Assembly: GCA_949283145.1 (NCBI GenBank)
Contig: CASDRL010000009.1
Span: forward strand, 1,283 to 65,282
DNA from: an uncultured Clostridia bacterium
GTDB lineage: Bacteria; Bacillota; Clostridia; Christensenellales; CAG-917
Direction: 5' to 3'
DNA length: 64,000 nt
A program made the translations under genes and the position numbers. Below, one piece after another: positions 10,176 to 19,471 of the stretch. Within the stretch, counting starts at the first letter, position 1. Every line of letters begins with the position of its first letter. The notes under the pieces were generated by a model, which was given only the letters and a program-made list of their open reading frames with translations, was not told where the DNA came from and made no database searches.

Positions 10176-10196
10176 AAACCGCCATTTCGGCGGTTT
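10176..10196. terminator. Bidirectional intrinsic terminator between convergent genes
   Basis: aaaccgcc-atttc-ggcggttt hairpin, extendable by gacaag/cttgtc, with T-rich tracts on both strands. Confidence 0.6.
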
Positions 10197-10295
10197 GCTT
10201 GTCGTTCGGGGCTGCGGAAGATGTATGCCTGCGGGGTCACGAAAGGCGTGTGCTCATGTGATCGCAGAAGGCGTTTGCGTCGGAGCCTGCCGCGG

Positions 10296-10535
10296 TCAGC
10301 CTTTGTCGTCGGGGAGCAGGAGCACCTCGCGGGTGTGCACGGCGGAATAGGAGAAAGTGCGCACCTCTCCGCTCTCCGTCCTCACCGTGAACACGGCGGG
10401 GAATGTCGCCACTATGCGCCCCTTGACTATGCTGCTGCGCCCTCTGCCCTCGCTCACGCGGAAGAGGAGGGGGACGCCCGCAAGCTCCCGCACCTGCGCT
10501 TTTGCCTCACCGAGACCTTTGCCTATCTCTCTCAT
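10296..10535 (-). CDS. veg: Veg-like small protein
   Basis: 79 aa starting at the internal ATG (10535). 'GRGRSSIVKGRIVATFPAVFTVRTESGEVRTFSYSAVHTREV' matches the Veg pattern (GRRK..G.I...YPSVF.I......ERVSYSY.D). Confidence 0.8.
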   Translation of the reverse strand: MREIGKGLGEAKAQVRELAGVPLLFRVSEGRGRSSIVKGRIVATFPAVFTVRTESGEVRTFSYSAVHTREVLLLPDDKG

Positions 10536-10773
10536 AAGCCGAGCATTGCCAAACACCCCTGTTTTTATTCCGCCGTTTTGCGGCGGGTGCGAAATGAGCG
10601 CGCCGTTTTTCTGCGCTTGCGGAACATTTCCGCGCAGGACATGCCCTCTTCGCCCGCGGCGCGAGCCGTTCGGGCAAAGCGTGAAATGATAAGAAATAAT
10701 GATAGGTGTGTACAACGGAGCGGATATGCGGTATAATATGTTTGCGCGCGGGGAGCGCGCAGGAGGAAAGACA

Positions 10774-11892
10774 ATGAAAAAATTCGGCAAACTTATATTC
10801 ATCCTTTGCCTTGTCGCGGTGCTCGCGGTGACCGTCGCCGCCTGCAACAAGAAGGGCGAGGAAAACAACGGCGGAGGCGGCGGTACGCTGTACGGCATCA
10901 CCATGCCTTCGAGCGACATCTACACCATCGGCGGCGAAGTGCCCGAGTCCGCGACGGAAGGGACGACGATCACATTCACCGTCACTCTCAACGACCCGGA
11001 GAACAGCGCCATCCTCGGCGTCACGGTGGAGCCCACCTTCGATGCGTCCTACGACATCGCCTCGAACGACGGCACTTATTCCTTCGTGATGCCCGCAAGC
11101 CCCGTCAAGATCATCATCGACGCCCGCGCCTACGAGGAAGTGCTCTCCGACGGCGGTCTGACATTTATGACGAGTAATCCCACCACGATCACCGTGAACG
11201 GCGGCAATGATATGACTTGGGGCGGTCCCAACGGGACGCAGCTCATTAATGTGTGGGAGTTCGGTCTCGCGTTCGTTTGGGGCAATACATCCAATCTCTC
11301 TCCTCGCAGCTATGTGACTTCATCCAATGAGGATGTCATTCCCGCGGATGCCATCTCGGATATCAAAGAAGGCAGCAAGTCGAGTGGCGGTCTGATCAGC
11401 AGCGCGTCGTTTTATATCGATCCCGCAAAGATAAACCCCGGCACGACTTGGCTGGAGATATATCTCAAGAGCAACAACACCTCATCCGACGGCACCCTCT
11501 TTGTCAAGATCACGGTTCTGCCCGAGGGCGGCTCCGTCGAGGTGGAGACCTGGACGGAGACGATCGTGTTCGACATCGCTTCCGGCATTGATATGGACGA
11601 AGTGTGGTTCGGCGTCACCGACAACGACTATGCGTCCAACACCGGCACCGAGGAGAGACAGCAGTTCATGCCCGGCGAATATACGTATGAGGACGGCGAA
11701 GTCTCCATTGAGATCGAGTACGTCGTCGGACATGAGTACAGCGTGTCGGTCGGCATAGGCAACACCGGCAACAGCTATGAGCTCGGCGAAGGAGTGAGCG
11801 GCGGAGGATCTTATCAGGACGGCATCCTCACATTCAACCGTGAAGGCGCGAGCGTGACGATCATCGTTTATAACGAAATTTGGCGGCCTTGA
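10774..11892 (+). CDS. Lipoprotein of unknown function
   Basis: AGGAGG RBS at 10761-10766. Lipobox 'LAVTVAACNK'. No recognisable catalytic motif. Confidence 0.6.
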   Translation: MKKFGKLIFILCLVAVLAVTVAACNKKGEENNGGGGGTLYGITMPSSDIYTIGGEVPESATEGTTITFTVTLNDPENSAILGVTVEPTFDASYDIASNDGTYSFVMPASPVKIIIDARAYEEVLSDGGLTFMTSNPTTITVNGGNDMTWGGPNGTQLINVWEFGLAFVWGNTSNLSPRSYVTSSNEDVIPADAISDIKEGSKSSGGLISSASFYIDPAKINPGTTWLEIYLKSNNTSSDGTLFVKITVLPEGGSVEVETWTETIVFDIASGIDMDEVWFGVTDNDYASNTGTEERQQFMPGEYTYEDGEVSIEIEYVVGHEYSVSVGIGNTGNSYELGEGVSGGGSYQDGILTFNREGASVTIIVYNEIWRP

Positions 11893-11917
11893 CGGAAAGA
11901 CACCGAAAACACGGAAG

Positions 11918-11939
11918 GCGCGGCGGGAGCCGCGCTTTT
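11918..11939 (+). terminator. Intrinsic terminator
   Basis: gcgcggc-ggga-gccgcgc hairpin followed by tttt. Confidence 0.6.
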
Positions 11940-12181
11940 CCATGCGGAGAGAAAAGGGCGGAGCGTGCGTGCAGGGCGGAGGGAGAGGGGAGCGAGACTA
12001 TACCGGCGCGGCGGCGGGAAGTGCCGTGCGGCGGAACGAGGGGAGAGCGGCGGCGCGGGTACGGCTCGCGGGGGAAAGATGAAAAGTTGATTAAAATTTG
12101 CGGGGGAATGTTCCTATTGTTATTGCGCGGAGGCGCGCGCGTATGTTATCATACCCTTGATTACGTTTGAGGAGAGTTTTT

Positions 12182-13912
12182 ATGGCAAGAACAAAAGCCG
12201 AAAAACCCGTTAAAGACCTGTCTTACAGGCAATCCCCGGACTATGTCCCCACCAAAGAAAAGTTAGCCTACGGCTGCGGCGCCTTCATGGACGGCGGCGG
12301 CGTTGCGCTGATGTCCTGCGTCATGTTGAAGTACATGGAAGGCGGGCTCGGCATAGCCGTCGGCACAGCTTCCACCATCATGATGGTGTCTAAGATATGG
12401 GACGCCATCACCGACCCGATCATGGGCTTCATTTCCGACAATACGCGCGGCAAATGGGGAAGGAGAAAGCCTTATATGTTCTTCGGCGGCATCCTGCTCA
12501 TCATCGGGATATTCCTTCTCTTCCTGCCGGTTGAGGAGTGGGGCATCATCTCCGCCGACAACAAGGCGGGGCTCGTTGCGTGGATGGTGGTCATGTATCT
12601 TCTTTGGAACACCTTCTCCACCATCACAATGGTGCCATACTGTTCGATGTCAAGCGACATCTCCCCCTCTTTCAAGGAGCGCAACAACGCCAACACCGTG
12701 AAATTGGTGTTCAACGCGGCGGCGAGCGGACTTGCCTACGTGCTTCCCCTTCTCTTCATCGAGGCACTCATCTCGCACAATACGGGCGGTGACGGCTACC
12801 TGTTCATGCCGAGCATGAACGCCACGGAATTCTGGCTCGCGATCTGCATCATCTTCGGCGCGCTCTTCGGCGGCGGTCTCATCATCACCGGTCTCTTTGT
12901 CAAAGAGCGCATCAAGGCGACCACGCCCAAAGAAAAATTCAATTTCAAGCAGTTCGTCAAAAACTATGCCGAACCCTATAAAAACCGCTCCTACCGCTGG
13001 CACATCGTCATGTATGTTGCGGCGTTCACCTGCCTGGACATGATCTCCGCACTTGCGGTGTATTATGCCACGGACGTGTGGGCGGGGAAGGAACTCTTCG
13101 GCATGGATATGTCCTCGCTCTTCATCATCGCGCCTCTCATGGTGGCGGCGGTCATCATGTTCCCCCTCGCGCGCTATGTCATGGACAAGAAGACCAAGCA
13201 GTTCGCCTTCCGCATGGGGCTTCCCGCCTACATCATCGCGGGTATCCTGCTCTGCGTCATGGATCCGAGCTGGGCACATCCCATCCTCGTCCCCATCGTG
13301 GCACTGCTTATGGGCTTCGGCTTCGGCGGCGCGCAGATGATGCCCTGGATCATCTTCCCGGACACCGTGGACGTGGGACAGATGGCGACGGGCGAGCGTT
13401 CCACCGGCACTTACAGCGGCATGATGACGCTGGCAAGAAAGATCGCGGGCGCGCTGGGTGTCGGTCTCGTGGGCTGGATCCTCGAGGGCGTCGGCTATGT
13501 GGAGAAACGCGCTCCCGGCGACCAGACGGACGAAGTGCTTCTCGCCGTCCGACTCATCATGGGGCTTGCGGTGGTGTTCTTCATCGCGATCGCTCTTTGG
13601 GGCTCATTCAAGTATAAGGTGGACAACAAGAAACTTACGCGCGTCAGATACTTCATCGAGGCGAGAAAGGCGGGCACCGTGCTCTCCGAAGAGGAGGAGG
13701 CGGAGCGCACCGCTCTCGTGCACGAGCTCTACGGCAAAGAAGATCCCGGCGGCTATGTCTCCGTGACTGCCGGTGCGGACGGCGCCGAGATGAGCGCCGA
13801 CACCCCCGAGGCGAGCTTCGGCGAAGCGGAGGGCGAGGTCTTCGAGGAGGAGAGCATCTCTCCCGCAGAGGAGAGCGTCTCTTCCAAAACGTCGGAGGAC
13901 GAGGAGAAGTGA
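12182..13912 (+). CDS. MFS/GPH-family (glycoside-pentoside-hexuronide) cation symporter with an acidic C-terminal tail
   Basis: 'DAITDPIMGFISDNTRGKWGRRKPYMFFG' is the GPH signature. Multiple TM segments. About 100-aa Glu/Ser-rich tail. ATG 12182 has a GGAGAG RBS and is preferred over TTG 12167. Confidence 0.85.
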   Translation: MARTKAEKPVKDLSYRQSPDYVPTKEKLAYGCGAFMDGGGVALMSCVMLKYMEGGLGIAVGTASTIMMVSKIWDAITDPIMGFISDNTRGKWGRRKPYMFFGGILLIIGIFLLFLPVEEWGIISADNKAGLVAWMVVMYLLWNTFSTITMVPYCSMSSDISPSFKERNNANTVKLVFNAAASGLAYVLPLLFIEALISHNTGGDGYLFMPSMNATEFWLAICIIFGALFGGGLIITGLFVKERIKATTPKEKFNFKQFVKNYAEPYKNRSYRWHIVMYVAAFTCLDMISALAVYYATDVWAGKELFGMDMSSLFIIAPLMVAAVIMFPLARYVMDKKTKQFAFRMGLPAYIIAGILLCVMDPSWAHPILVPIVALLMGFGFGGAQMMPWIIFPDTVDVGQMATGERSTGTYSGMMTLARKIAGALGVGLVGWILEGVGYVEKRAPGDQTDEVLLAVRLIMGLAVVFFIAIALWGSFKYKVDNKKLTRVRYFIEARKAGTVLSEEEEAERTALVHELYGKEDPGGYVSVTAGADGAEMSADTPEASFGEAEGEVFEEESISPAEESVSSKTSEDEEK

Positions 13913-14934
13913 TGACAAAGGCTGTCTTTGAAAAGAAGGACGGCATGACCGTCATCAGGATGCCGGAGGGCAGACCGTTCAGGATCCTGCAGCTCACGGA
14001 CATCCACATCGGCGGAGGGCTGCTGAGCCGCAAAAAGGACAGACTCGCCCTCGACGCTGTCCGGAAGATCGTGCGCGCGTCGCACGCCGACCTCATCGTG
14101 GTGACGGGAGACATGGTGTATCCGCTCTTCATGTACTCCGGGACGAGCAACAACCTCAAAGCGTCCAAGAAGTTCGGCGAATGCATGGACAGCCTCGGCG
14201 TGCCGTGGACTTTCACCTTCGGCAACCACGATGAGGAATGCATCGCTTTTTACAAAAAGGATCGTTTAGCGGACTATTATATGACGCTGAAGTCCTGTTT
14301 GTTTGAAAAGGGCGATCCCGCCCTCACGGGGGTGGGCAACCACGCCATGCGCCTTGAAACGGCGGACGGCAAGCCCGTTATGATGCTGATGATGGTGGAC
14401 AGCAACATGTACACCGGCGGCACATTTTTCAGCGGTTTCGACACCATCCACGACGATCAGATCGACTGGTACGAGAAGGTGATACGCGAAAATTCCGCGG
14501 AGGGGAGCGTCATCCCCTCGCTCGCCTTTTTCCACATCCCGCCTAAGGAGTTCAAGGAGGGCTGGGAGAAGTGCTACCGCGGCGAGCCGGGCGCGACGTA
14601 TCATCTCGGCTTCGTGGGGGAAAAAGACCAATATTTCGGCTATCCCAAGCAGAAAGAGGGCAATTTCATCAAGAGGATGGTGGAGCTCGGCAGTCTCAAA
14701 GGCTTCTTTGTCGGGCACGATCATCTCAACACCCTCTCCATAGAGTATCTCGGCATGAGGATGACCTACGGCATGAGCATAGACTATCTCGCCTATGTCG
14801 CGGCGCTGGGGCAGATCCCGACCGCAAAGTGCAAGGCGCAGCGCGGCGGGACGACGGTGGATATCTCCCCGGACGGCACCTTCGACATCAAGATGCTCCC
14901 CCTCACCGACATCGAGAGCGGGAAGATAAAGTGA
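13912..14934 (+). CDS. Calcineurin-like metallophosphoesterase
   Basis: 'LTDIHIGGG', 'VVTGDMVYP', 'GNHDEE', 'FFHIPP' and 'GHDHLN' blocks. The start is ambiguous between GTG 13909 and ATG 13912 and overlaps the upstream stop. Confidence 0.85.
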   Translation: MTKAVFEKKDGMTVIRMPEGRPFRILQLTDIHIGGGLLSRKKDRLALDAVRKIVRASHADLIVVTGDMVYPLFMYSGTSNNLKASKKFGECMDSLGVPWTFTFGNHDEECIAFYKKDRLADYYMTLKSCLFEKGDPALTGVGNHAMRLETADGKPVMMLMMVDSNMYTGGTFFSGFDTIHDDQIDWYEKVIRENSAEGSVIPSLAFFHIPPKEFKEGWEKCYRGEPGATYHLGFVGEKDQYFGYPKQKEGNFIKRMVELGSLKGFFVGHDHLNTLSIEYLGMRMTYGMSIDYLAYVAALGQIPTAKCKAQRGGTTVDISPDGTFDIKMLPLTDIESGKIK

Positions 14935-14999
14935 CAATGCGCGCATATGCGCGCGGCGCGGATGCGCCGCAATAAACGAGAACAACACGGAGGAATGGC

Positions 15000-16379
15000 A
15001 TGAAAATAGGTTTTACCGAAACAGTGCTGCGCGACGCGAATCAGTCCCTGATCGCAACGCGGCTGCCGTACGAGAAATTCGCGGGCATACTGTCCGAGAT
15101 GGACAAAGCCGGCTATTACAGCGTGGAGTGCTGGGGCGGCGCGGTCTTTGACTGCTGCCTGAGGTATCTCGACGAAGACCCGTGGGAGAGACTGAGAAAG
15201 ATCCGCGCGGCGATGCCGGGGAGCAAATTGCAGATGCTCCTTCGCGGGCAGAACCTGCTCGGTTACAGGCACTATCCCGACGAGATCGTCAAGATGTTCG
15301 TCGCCAAGTCCGTCGAGAACGGCATCGACGTCATCCGCATCTTCGACGCGCTGAACGACCTCACCAACATCGAGGTCGCCACCAAAGAGGCGTTGAAGCG
15401 CGGTGCGGAAGTGTCCGGCACCATCAGCTATACGCAGTCTCCCGTCCACACCATCAAGGCGTTCGCAAAGCTCGCCAAGGAGATGGAGGACATGGGCGTC
15501 ACCACGGTGTGCGTCAAGGATATGGCGGGCGTCATGAGCCCCGCCGAGGCATATGAGCTCATCGGCGAGATCAAGCAGAGCGTCAAAGTCCCCGTCGTGC
15601 TGCACACCCATTGCACCACGGGCATGGCGTTCATGACCTATCTCAAAGCCGTGGAAGCGGGCGTGGATGTCATCGACACCGCGACTTCCTGCTTCAGCGG
15701 CGGCAGCTCTCAGCCCGCCACCGAGACTTTGCACTATGCGCTCACCGGGCTCGGCTATGAGACCGGGCTCGATCCCGCGGTGCTCAAAAAGGTCAACGAC
15801 TTCTTCAAGCCCGTCCGCGACGAGTTCCTGAAGTCCGGCAAGCTCGACCCCAAGATGCTCGCAACGGATACGGACGCGCTCAACTACAAGGTGCCGGGCG
15901 GCATGCTCTCCAACCTCGTCGCCCAGCTCAAAGCGCAGAACGCGATGGATCGCTTCGAGGAAGTACTCGTCGAGACTCCCAAGGTGCGCGCCGACCTCGG
16001 CTATCCGCCCCTCGTCACTCCCATGAGCCAGATGGTGGGCGTGCAGGCGACGGCGAACGTGCTCGCGGGCGAACGCTATAAGAACATCTCCAAAGAGGTC
16101 AAGGCGTACTGCAAGGGCGAGTACGGCAAGGCGCCCGGCAAGATCGACCCCGAAGTGATGAAGAAGGCGCTCGGCGACGAGCAGCCCATCAAGGGCAGAT
16201 ATGCCGACACCCTCGAGCCCGTCTTCGAGAAGACCAAGGCGGAACTCAAAGGCATCGCCAAGAGCGACGAAGATGTGCTCGATTACGTCCTCTTCCCGCA
16301 GGTCGCGGAGAAATACTTCGCCGCGCGCAAGGCGAAAGAGGAAAAAGTGGTGCGCTACACCATCGCACCCGCAGACTAA
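15000..16379 (+). CDS. Carboxyltransferase (5S/OadA-type alpha) subunit of a biotin-dependent Na+-translocating decarboxylase, lacking its own biotin domain
   Basis: 459 aa. 'TETVLRDANQSL', 'ECWGGAVFD' and 'HTHCTTGMA' are typical of the HMGL-like/PYC_OADA fold. No MKM biotinylation motif in this ORF. Confidence 0.85.
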   Translation: MKIGFTETVLRDANQSLIATRLPYEKFAGILSEMDKAGYYSVECWGGAVFDCCLRYLDEDPWERLRKIRAAMPGSKLQMLLRGQNLLGYRHYPDEIVKMFVAKSVENGIDVIRIFDALNDLTNIEVATKEALKRGAEVSGTISYTQSPVHTIKAFAKLAKEMEDMGVTTVCVKDMAGVMSPAEAYELIGEIKQSVKVPVVLHTHCTTGMAFMTYLKAVEAGVDVIDTATSCFSGGSSQPATETLHYALTGLGYETGLDPAVLKKVNDFFKPVRDEFLKSGKLDPKMLATDTDALNYKVPGGMLSNLVAQLKAQNAMDRFEEVLVETPKVRADLGYPPLVTPMSQMVGVQATANVLAGERYKNISKEVKAYCKGEYGKAPGKIDPEVMKKALGDEQPIKGRYADTLEPVFEKTKAELKGIAKSDEDVLDYVLFPQVAEKYFAARKAKEEKVVRYTIAPAD

Positions 16380-16388
16380 GGAGGCGTT

Positions 16389-16808
16389 ATGGGAGAGATC
16401 ACCATTCTCGACGCGCTCGTCATCTCGGCGATAGGCTTTGCCATCGTGTTCGTGGTGCTCATCATACTCATGGGCATCGTGATGCTGATGGGGCTCGCCG
16501 CCGACAAAGGGCACGTCATCACGGACAAGTTCCCGAAGCTTGGCAAGCTCTTTAAGAAGAAGGGCGCGGATAGCTCCGCGGAGACGGACGCCGCAGACAT
16601 CGCGGCAGAGCAGCCCCTTGCTGCGGGCACTTGCGGTGAGCTCACGCTCATCCGCACCGAGGAGCGCGACGCCGCCATGATCATGGCGATCGTTGCGGAC
16701 GCCACCGAGACGCCCCTCAATCAACTCAGATTCAAGCGCATCGAAAGGCTGGACGATGTCCGGGACGGTGCGGTCAAGACCGCCGGGAACGGCGCGGAGG
16801 TGAAATAA
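16389..16808 (+). CDS. Small membrane subunit (OadG-like gamma)
   Basis: 139 aa with a single N-terminal TM 'ISAIGFAIVFVVLIILMGIVMLMGL'. Its position between the alpha and BCCP genes supports the call. Confidence 0.5.
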   Translation: MGEITILDALVISAIGFAIVFVVLIILMGIVMLMGLAADKGHVITDKFPKLGKLFKKKGADSSAETDAADIAAEQPLAAGTCGELTLIRTEERDAAMIMAIVADATETPLNQLRFKRIERLDDVRDGAVKTAGNGAEVK

Positions 16809-17212
16809 TGATCTATAAAGTCACATTGAACGGAAAAGTTTACGAAGTGGAAGTGGAAAAGGGTGAGGCCGTGATACAAGCGGAATACGACGCGGCTCTT
16901 CCCGCAGCGGCACCCGCGGCGCCTGCGGCGCCGGCAGCCCCCGCCGCACCCGCTCCCGCTGTAGCCCCCGCACCCGCCGCTCCCGCCGTTCAGGCGGGCG
17001 CAAACGCCGTCCCGTCCCCCCTCCCCGGCAACATCAACGCCGTCAATTTCTCGGTGGGGCAGTCCGTCAAGGCGGGCGACGTCGTCATCATCCTCGAAGC
17101 CATGAAGATGGAGAACGAGATCGTCTCTCCCAAGGCGGGCACCATCACGAAGCTCTATGTCCAGAAGGGCGCAGTCGTCAACACGGGCGATCCTCTCTTT
17201 GACGTAGAGTAA
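16808..17212 (+). CDS. Biotin carboxyl carrier protein (biotinyl domain)
   Basis: 134 aa with an Ala/Pro linker and 'ILEAMKMENEI' biotinyl-lysine motif. Confidence 0.85.
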   Translation: MIYKVTLNGKVYEVEVEKGEAVIQAEYDAALPAAAPAAPAAPAAPAAPAPAVAPAPAAPAVQAGANAVPSPLPGNINAVNFSVGQSVKAGDVVIILEAMKMENEIVSPKAGTITKLYVQKGAVVNTGDPLFDVE

Positions 17213-17222
17213 GGAGGCGGCA

Positions 17223-18473
17223 ATGAACTTCTCGCTTACATCTCATCTCATAGGCGCGGCGGGGAGCAACGTGGACTACGGCGAGACCTTTGAGGGATTG
17301 ATGCAGTCCACAGGGTTTCTCAACCTCGACTGGGGCAATGTGGTGATGATCCTCATCGCGTGCTTCTTCCTCTTCCTCGCCATCAAGTTCAAGTTCGAGC
17401 CGCTGCTGCTCGTCGGCATCGCGTTCGGTATGCTCCTGAGCAACATCCCGGGCCCCATCTCCGACTGGATCTATCACCCCGAACTTTGGGTGGGTGACGA
17501 GGTGGCGTCCAGCGGTGTGGTGGACTACGCCAAAGTGCTCAACGAAGGCGGGCTCATCGACATCCTCTACATCGGCGTCAAGACCAGCGTCTACCCCTGC
17601 CTCATCTTCCTGGGCGTGGGCGCGATGACGGACTTCGAGCCCCTGCTTTCCAACCCGAAATCCCTCATTTTGGGTGCGGCGGCGCAGTTCGGTATCTATG
17701 TCGCGTTCTTCCTCGCGGTGTGCTTCGGCTTCACCGGTCCCGAGGCGGCGTCCATCGGCATCGTCGGCGGCGCGGACGGTCCTACGGCGATCTGGCTCAC
17801 CAAGGCGCTCGCTCCCGATCTGCTCGCGGCGATCGCCATCGCGGCGTATTCATATATGGCGCTCATCCCCGTCATACAGCCCCCCATCATGAGGCTCATG
17901 ACCACCAAGAAGGAACGCGCCATCGTCATGAAGCCCACCCGCAAGGTCACCAAGCAGGAGAAGATCCTCTTCCCCATCATAATCATCATCGCGACCTGCC
18001 TCTTCCTGCCCTCCGTGGCGCCGCTGCTCGGCTGCCTGATGCTGGGCAACCTGCTGAGGGAATGCGGCGTGACCGCGCGTCTCAGCGACACAGCGCAGAA
18101 CGCGCTCATGAACATCGTCACCATCTGCCTCTCCGTCTCCGTGGGTGCGACGGCGCATTACACCACCTTCCTCACCACCAAGACCCTGCTCATCGTCGTG
18201 CTCGGGCTCGTCGCCTTCGCGTTCGCGACCGTGGGCGGACTCGGCATCGGCAAGGTCATGTGCTGGGCGACCAAGGGCAAGATCAATCCTCTCATCGGCT
18301 CGGCGGGCGTCTCCGCGGTGCCTATGGCGGCGCGAGTGTCCAACCTGGAAGGGCTCAGGGCAAAGCCCGGGAATTACCTTCTCATGCACGCGATGGGGCC
18401 CAATGTCGCGGGCGTCATCGGGTCGGCTGTCGCCGCGGGCTTCTTCATGGCGGTGTTCGCCCCCATGGTCTGA
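17223..18473 (+). CDS. Na+-translocating decarboxylase beta subunit (OadB/GcdB/MmdB family)
   Basis: 416-aa polytopic membrane protein. 'GIVGGADGPTAIW' and 'GSAGVSAVPMAARV' match beta-subunit conserved blocks. Confidence 0.9.
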   Translation: MNFSLTSHLIGAAGSNVDYGETFEGLMQSTGFLNLDWGNVVMILIACFFLFLAIKFKFEPLLLVGIAFGMLLSNIPGPISDWIYHPELWVGDEVASSGVVDYAKVLNEGGLIDILYIGVKTSVYPCLIFLGVGAMTDFEPLLSNPKSLILGAAAQFGIYVAFFLAVCFGFTGPEAASIGIVGGADGPTAIWLTKALAPDLLAAIAIAAYSYMALIPVIQPPIMRLMTTKKERAIVMKPTRKVTKQEKILFPIIIIIATCLFLPSVAPLLGCLMLGNLLRECGVTARLSDTAQNALMNIVTICLSVSVGATAHYTTFLTTKTLLIVVLGLVAFAFATVGGLGIGKVMCWATKGKINPLIGSAGVSAVPMAARVSNLEGLRAKPGNYLLMHAMGPNVAGVIGSAVAAGFFMAVFAPMV

Positions 18474-18476
18474 GCG

Positions 18477-19274
18477 GTGGACGGCAAGATCACACTCTAC
18501 ACAAAGCAAGGCAGGCGACTGCCTTGCTTTTTCCATGCCTCCCTTCCTTCCACCAACGACGAGGCGAAACGCCTCGCAAGAGAGGAGGGGAGCGGCATGC
18601 GCTTTTCCGTCGCGGCGGCGGAGCAGACCGCGGGGCGGGGCAGGATGACCCGCACCTTCTTTTCTCCCGCGGACAGCGGGCTCTATCTCTCCTTCGTCTC
18701 GGAGGCGGGGGAGCATTTCACCCGCTTCGGCGTGCTCGCCGCCCTTGCGGTGAAGGAACTGCTTTACGAATATTTCCGCATCCCCGTCGCCTTAAAATGG
18801 CCAAACGATGTCCTCGCGGAGGGCAAAAAGATCGCGGGTATACTCCCCGAGAGCATAGTCACCGCGGCGGGCGAACGCAAGGTGGTCACGGGCATCGGCA
18901 TCAACCTTTTCGAGACGGAAGAGGACTTCGGCGCGCTTAAAGATATCGCCACATCGGCGTGTTTATGCTGCGAAAACGAGGGGTTAAAGCGCGGTTTCAT
19001 GCGGGATAAACGCGCGTTTTTGCATGACGCCGCGGTAAGGCTCACGGAGTTGCTCTCCCGAGCGGCGGATCTCGAAAGAGCGGGGGAGGACCTCCTGTCC
19101 GACTACAAAGCTGCCCTCGCCACCATCGGGCGGCGGGTGTCCTTTTTGGGGGTGGACGGGGCGCCCCGCACGGGCGTTGCGGCGGATGTTGCAGAGGACG
19201 GCGCTCTCCTCGTCGAGACGGAAGAGGGCTTGCTCCGAGTGGGCTGGGGAGAGGTGACGGAACAGGCTCTTTGA
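18477..19274 (+). CDS. birA: Biotin--[acetyl-CoA-carboxylase] ligase (class I, no HTH)
   Basis: 'AEQTAGRGRMTRTFFSP' matches GRGRxGRxWxS. 'LKWPNDVLAEGKKIAGIL' is also present. GTG start. Confidence 0.85.
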   Translation: MDGKITLYTKQGRRLPCFFHASLPSTNDEAKRLAREEGSGMRFSVAAAEQTAGRGRMTRTFFSPADSGLYLSFVSEAGEHFTRFGVLAALAVKELLYEYFRIPVALKWPNDVLAEGKKIAGILPESIVTAAGERKVVTGIGINLFETEEDFGALKDIATSACLCCENEGLKRGFMRDKRAFLHDAAVRLTELLSRAADLERAGEDLLSDYKAALATIGRRVSFLGVDGAPRTGVAADVAEDGALLVETEEGLLRVGWGEVTEQAL

Positions 19275-19357
19275 CGCGCCTGACGATCGACTCTCTCGCG
19301 CGGGCTTTATTTCTTCCGTGCGTTCGGGCTTAAAAAACGTGCGTTTCAATTTGACTA

Positions 19358-19386
19358 TTGTATTCCTACGCGCAGGGTTGTATAAT
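19358..19386 (+). promoter_or_regulatory. Possible sigma-A promoter
   Basis: TTGTAT (19358-19363), a 17-nt spacer, then TATAAT (19381-19386), about 85 nt upstream of the ATG at 19472. Confidence 0.35.
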
Positions 19387-19471
19387 ATTTTCAGCCTTCA
19401 CCGAAGGCGCGTCGGCGGACAGCTTTCCCCGGAAGATGGGGCGTTTTGCCGACATAAGATAAGGAGGATAT

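Noticed and set aside
10536-10919. N-terminal extension of the veg ORF to 207 aa.
   Set aside because: Only the last 79 aa match Veg. The extension is low complexity. It runs into the opposite-strand lipoprotein gene start and its promoter region.
14939-14970. Perfect 16-bp palindrome gcgcgcatatgcgcgc followed by the hairpin gcggcgc-ggat-gcgccgc, between the phosphoesterase and decarboxylase genes.
   Set aside because: There is no U-tract, so it is not a canonical terminator. No second copy or adjacent regulator gene supports an operator. It may simply be a GC-rich stem.
16900-16990. Short-period GC-rich repeat (gcnccngcn) encoding AAPAAPAAPAAPAAPAPAVAPAPAAPA.
   Set aside because: This is the ordinary Ala/Pro flexible linker of biotin carboxyl carrier proteins, not an independent repeat element.
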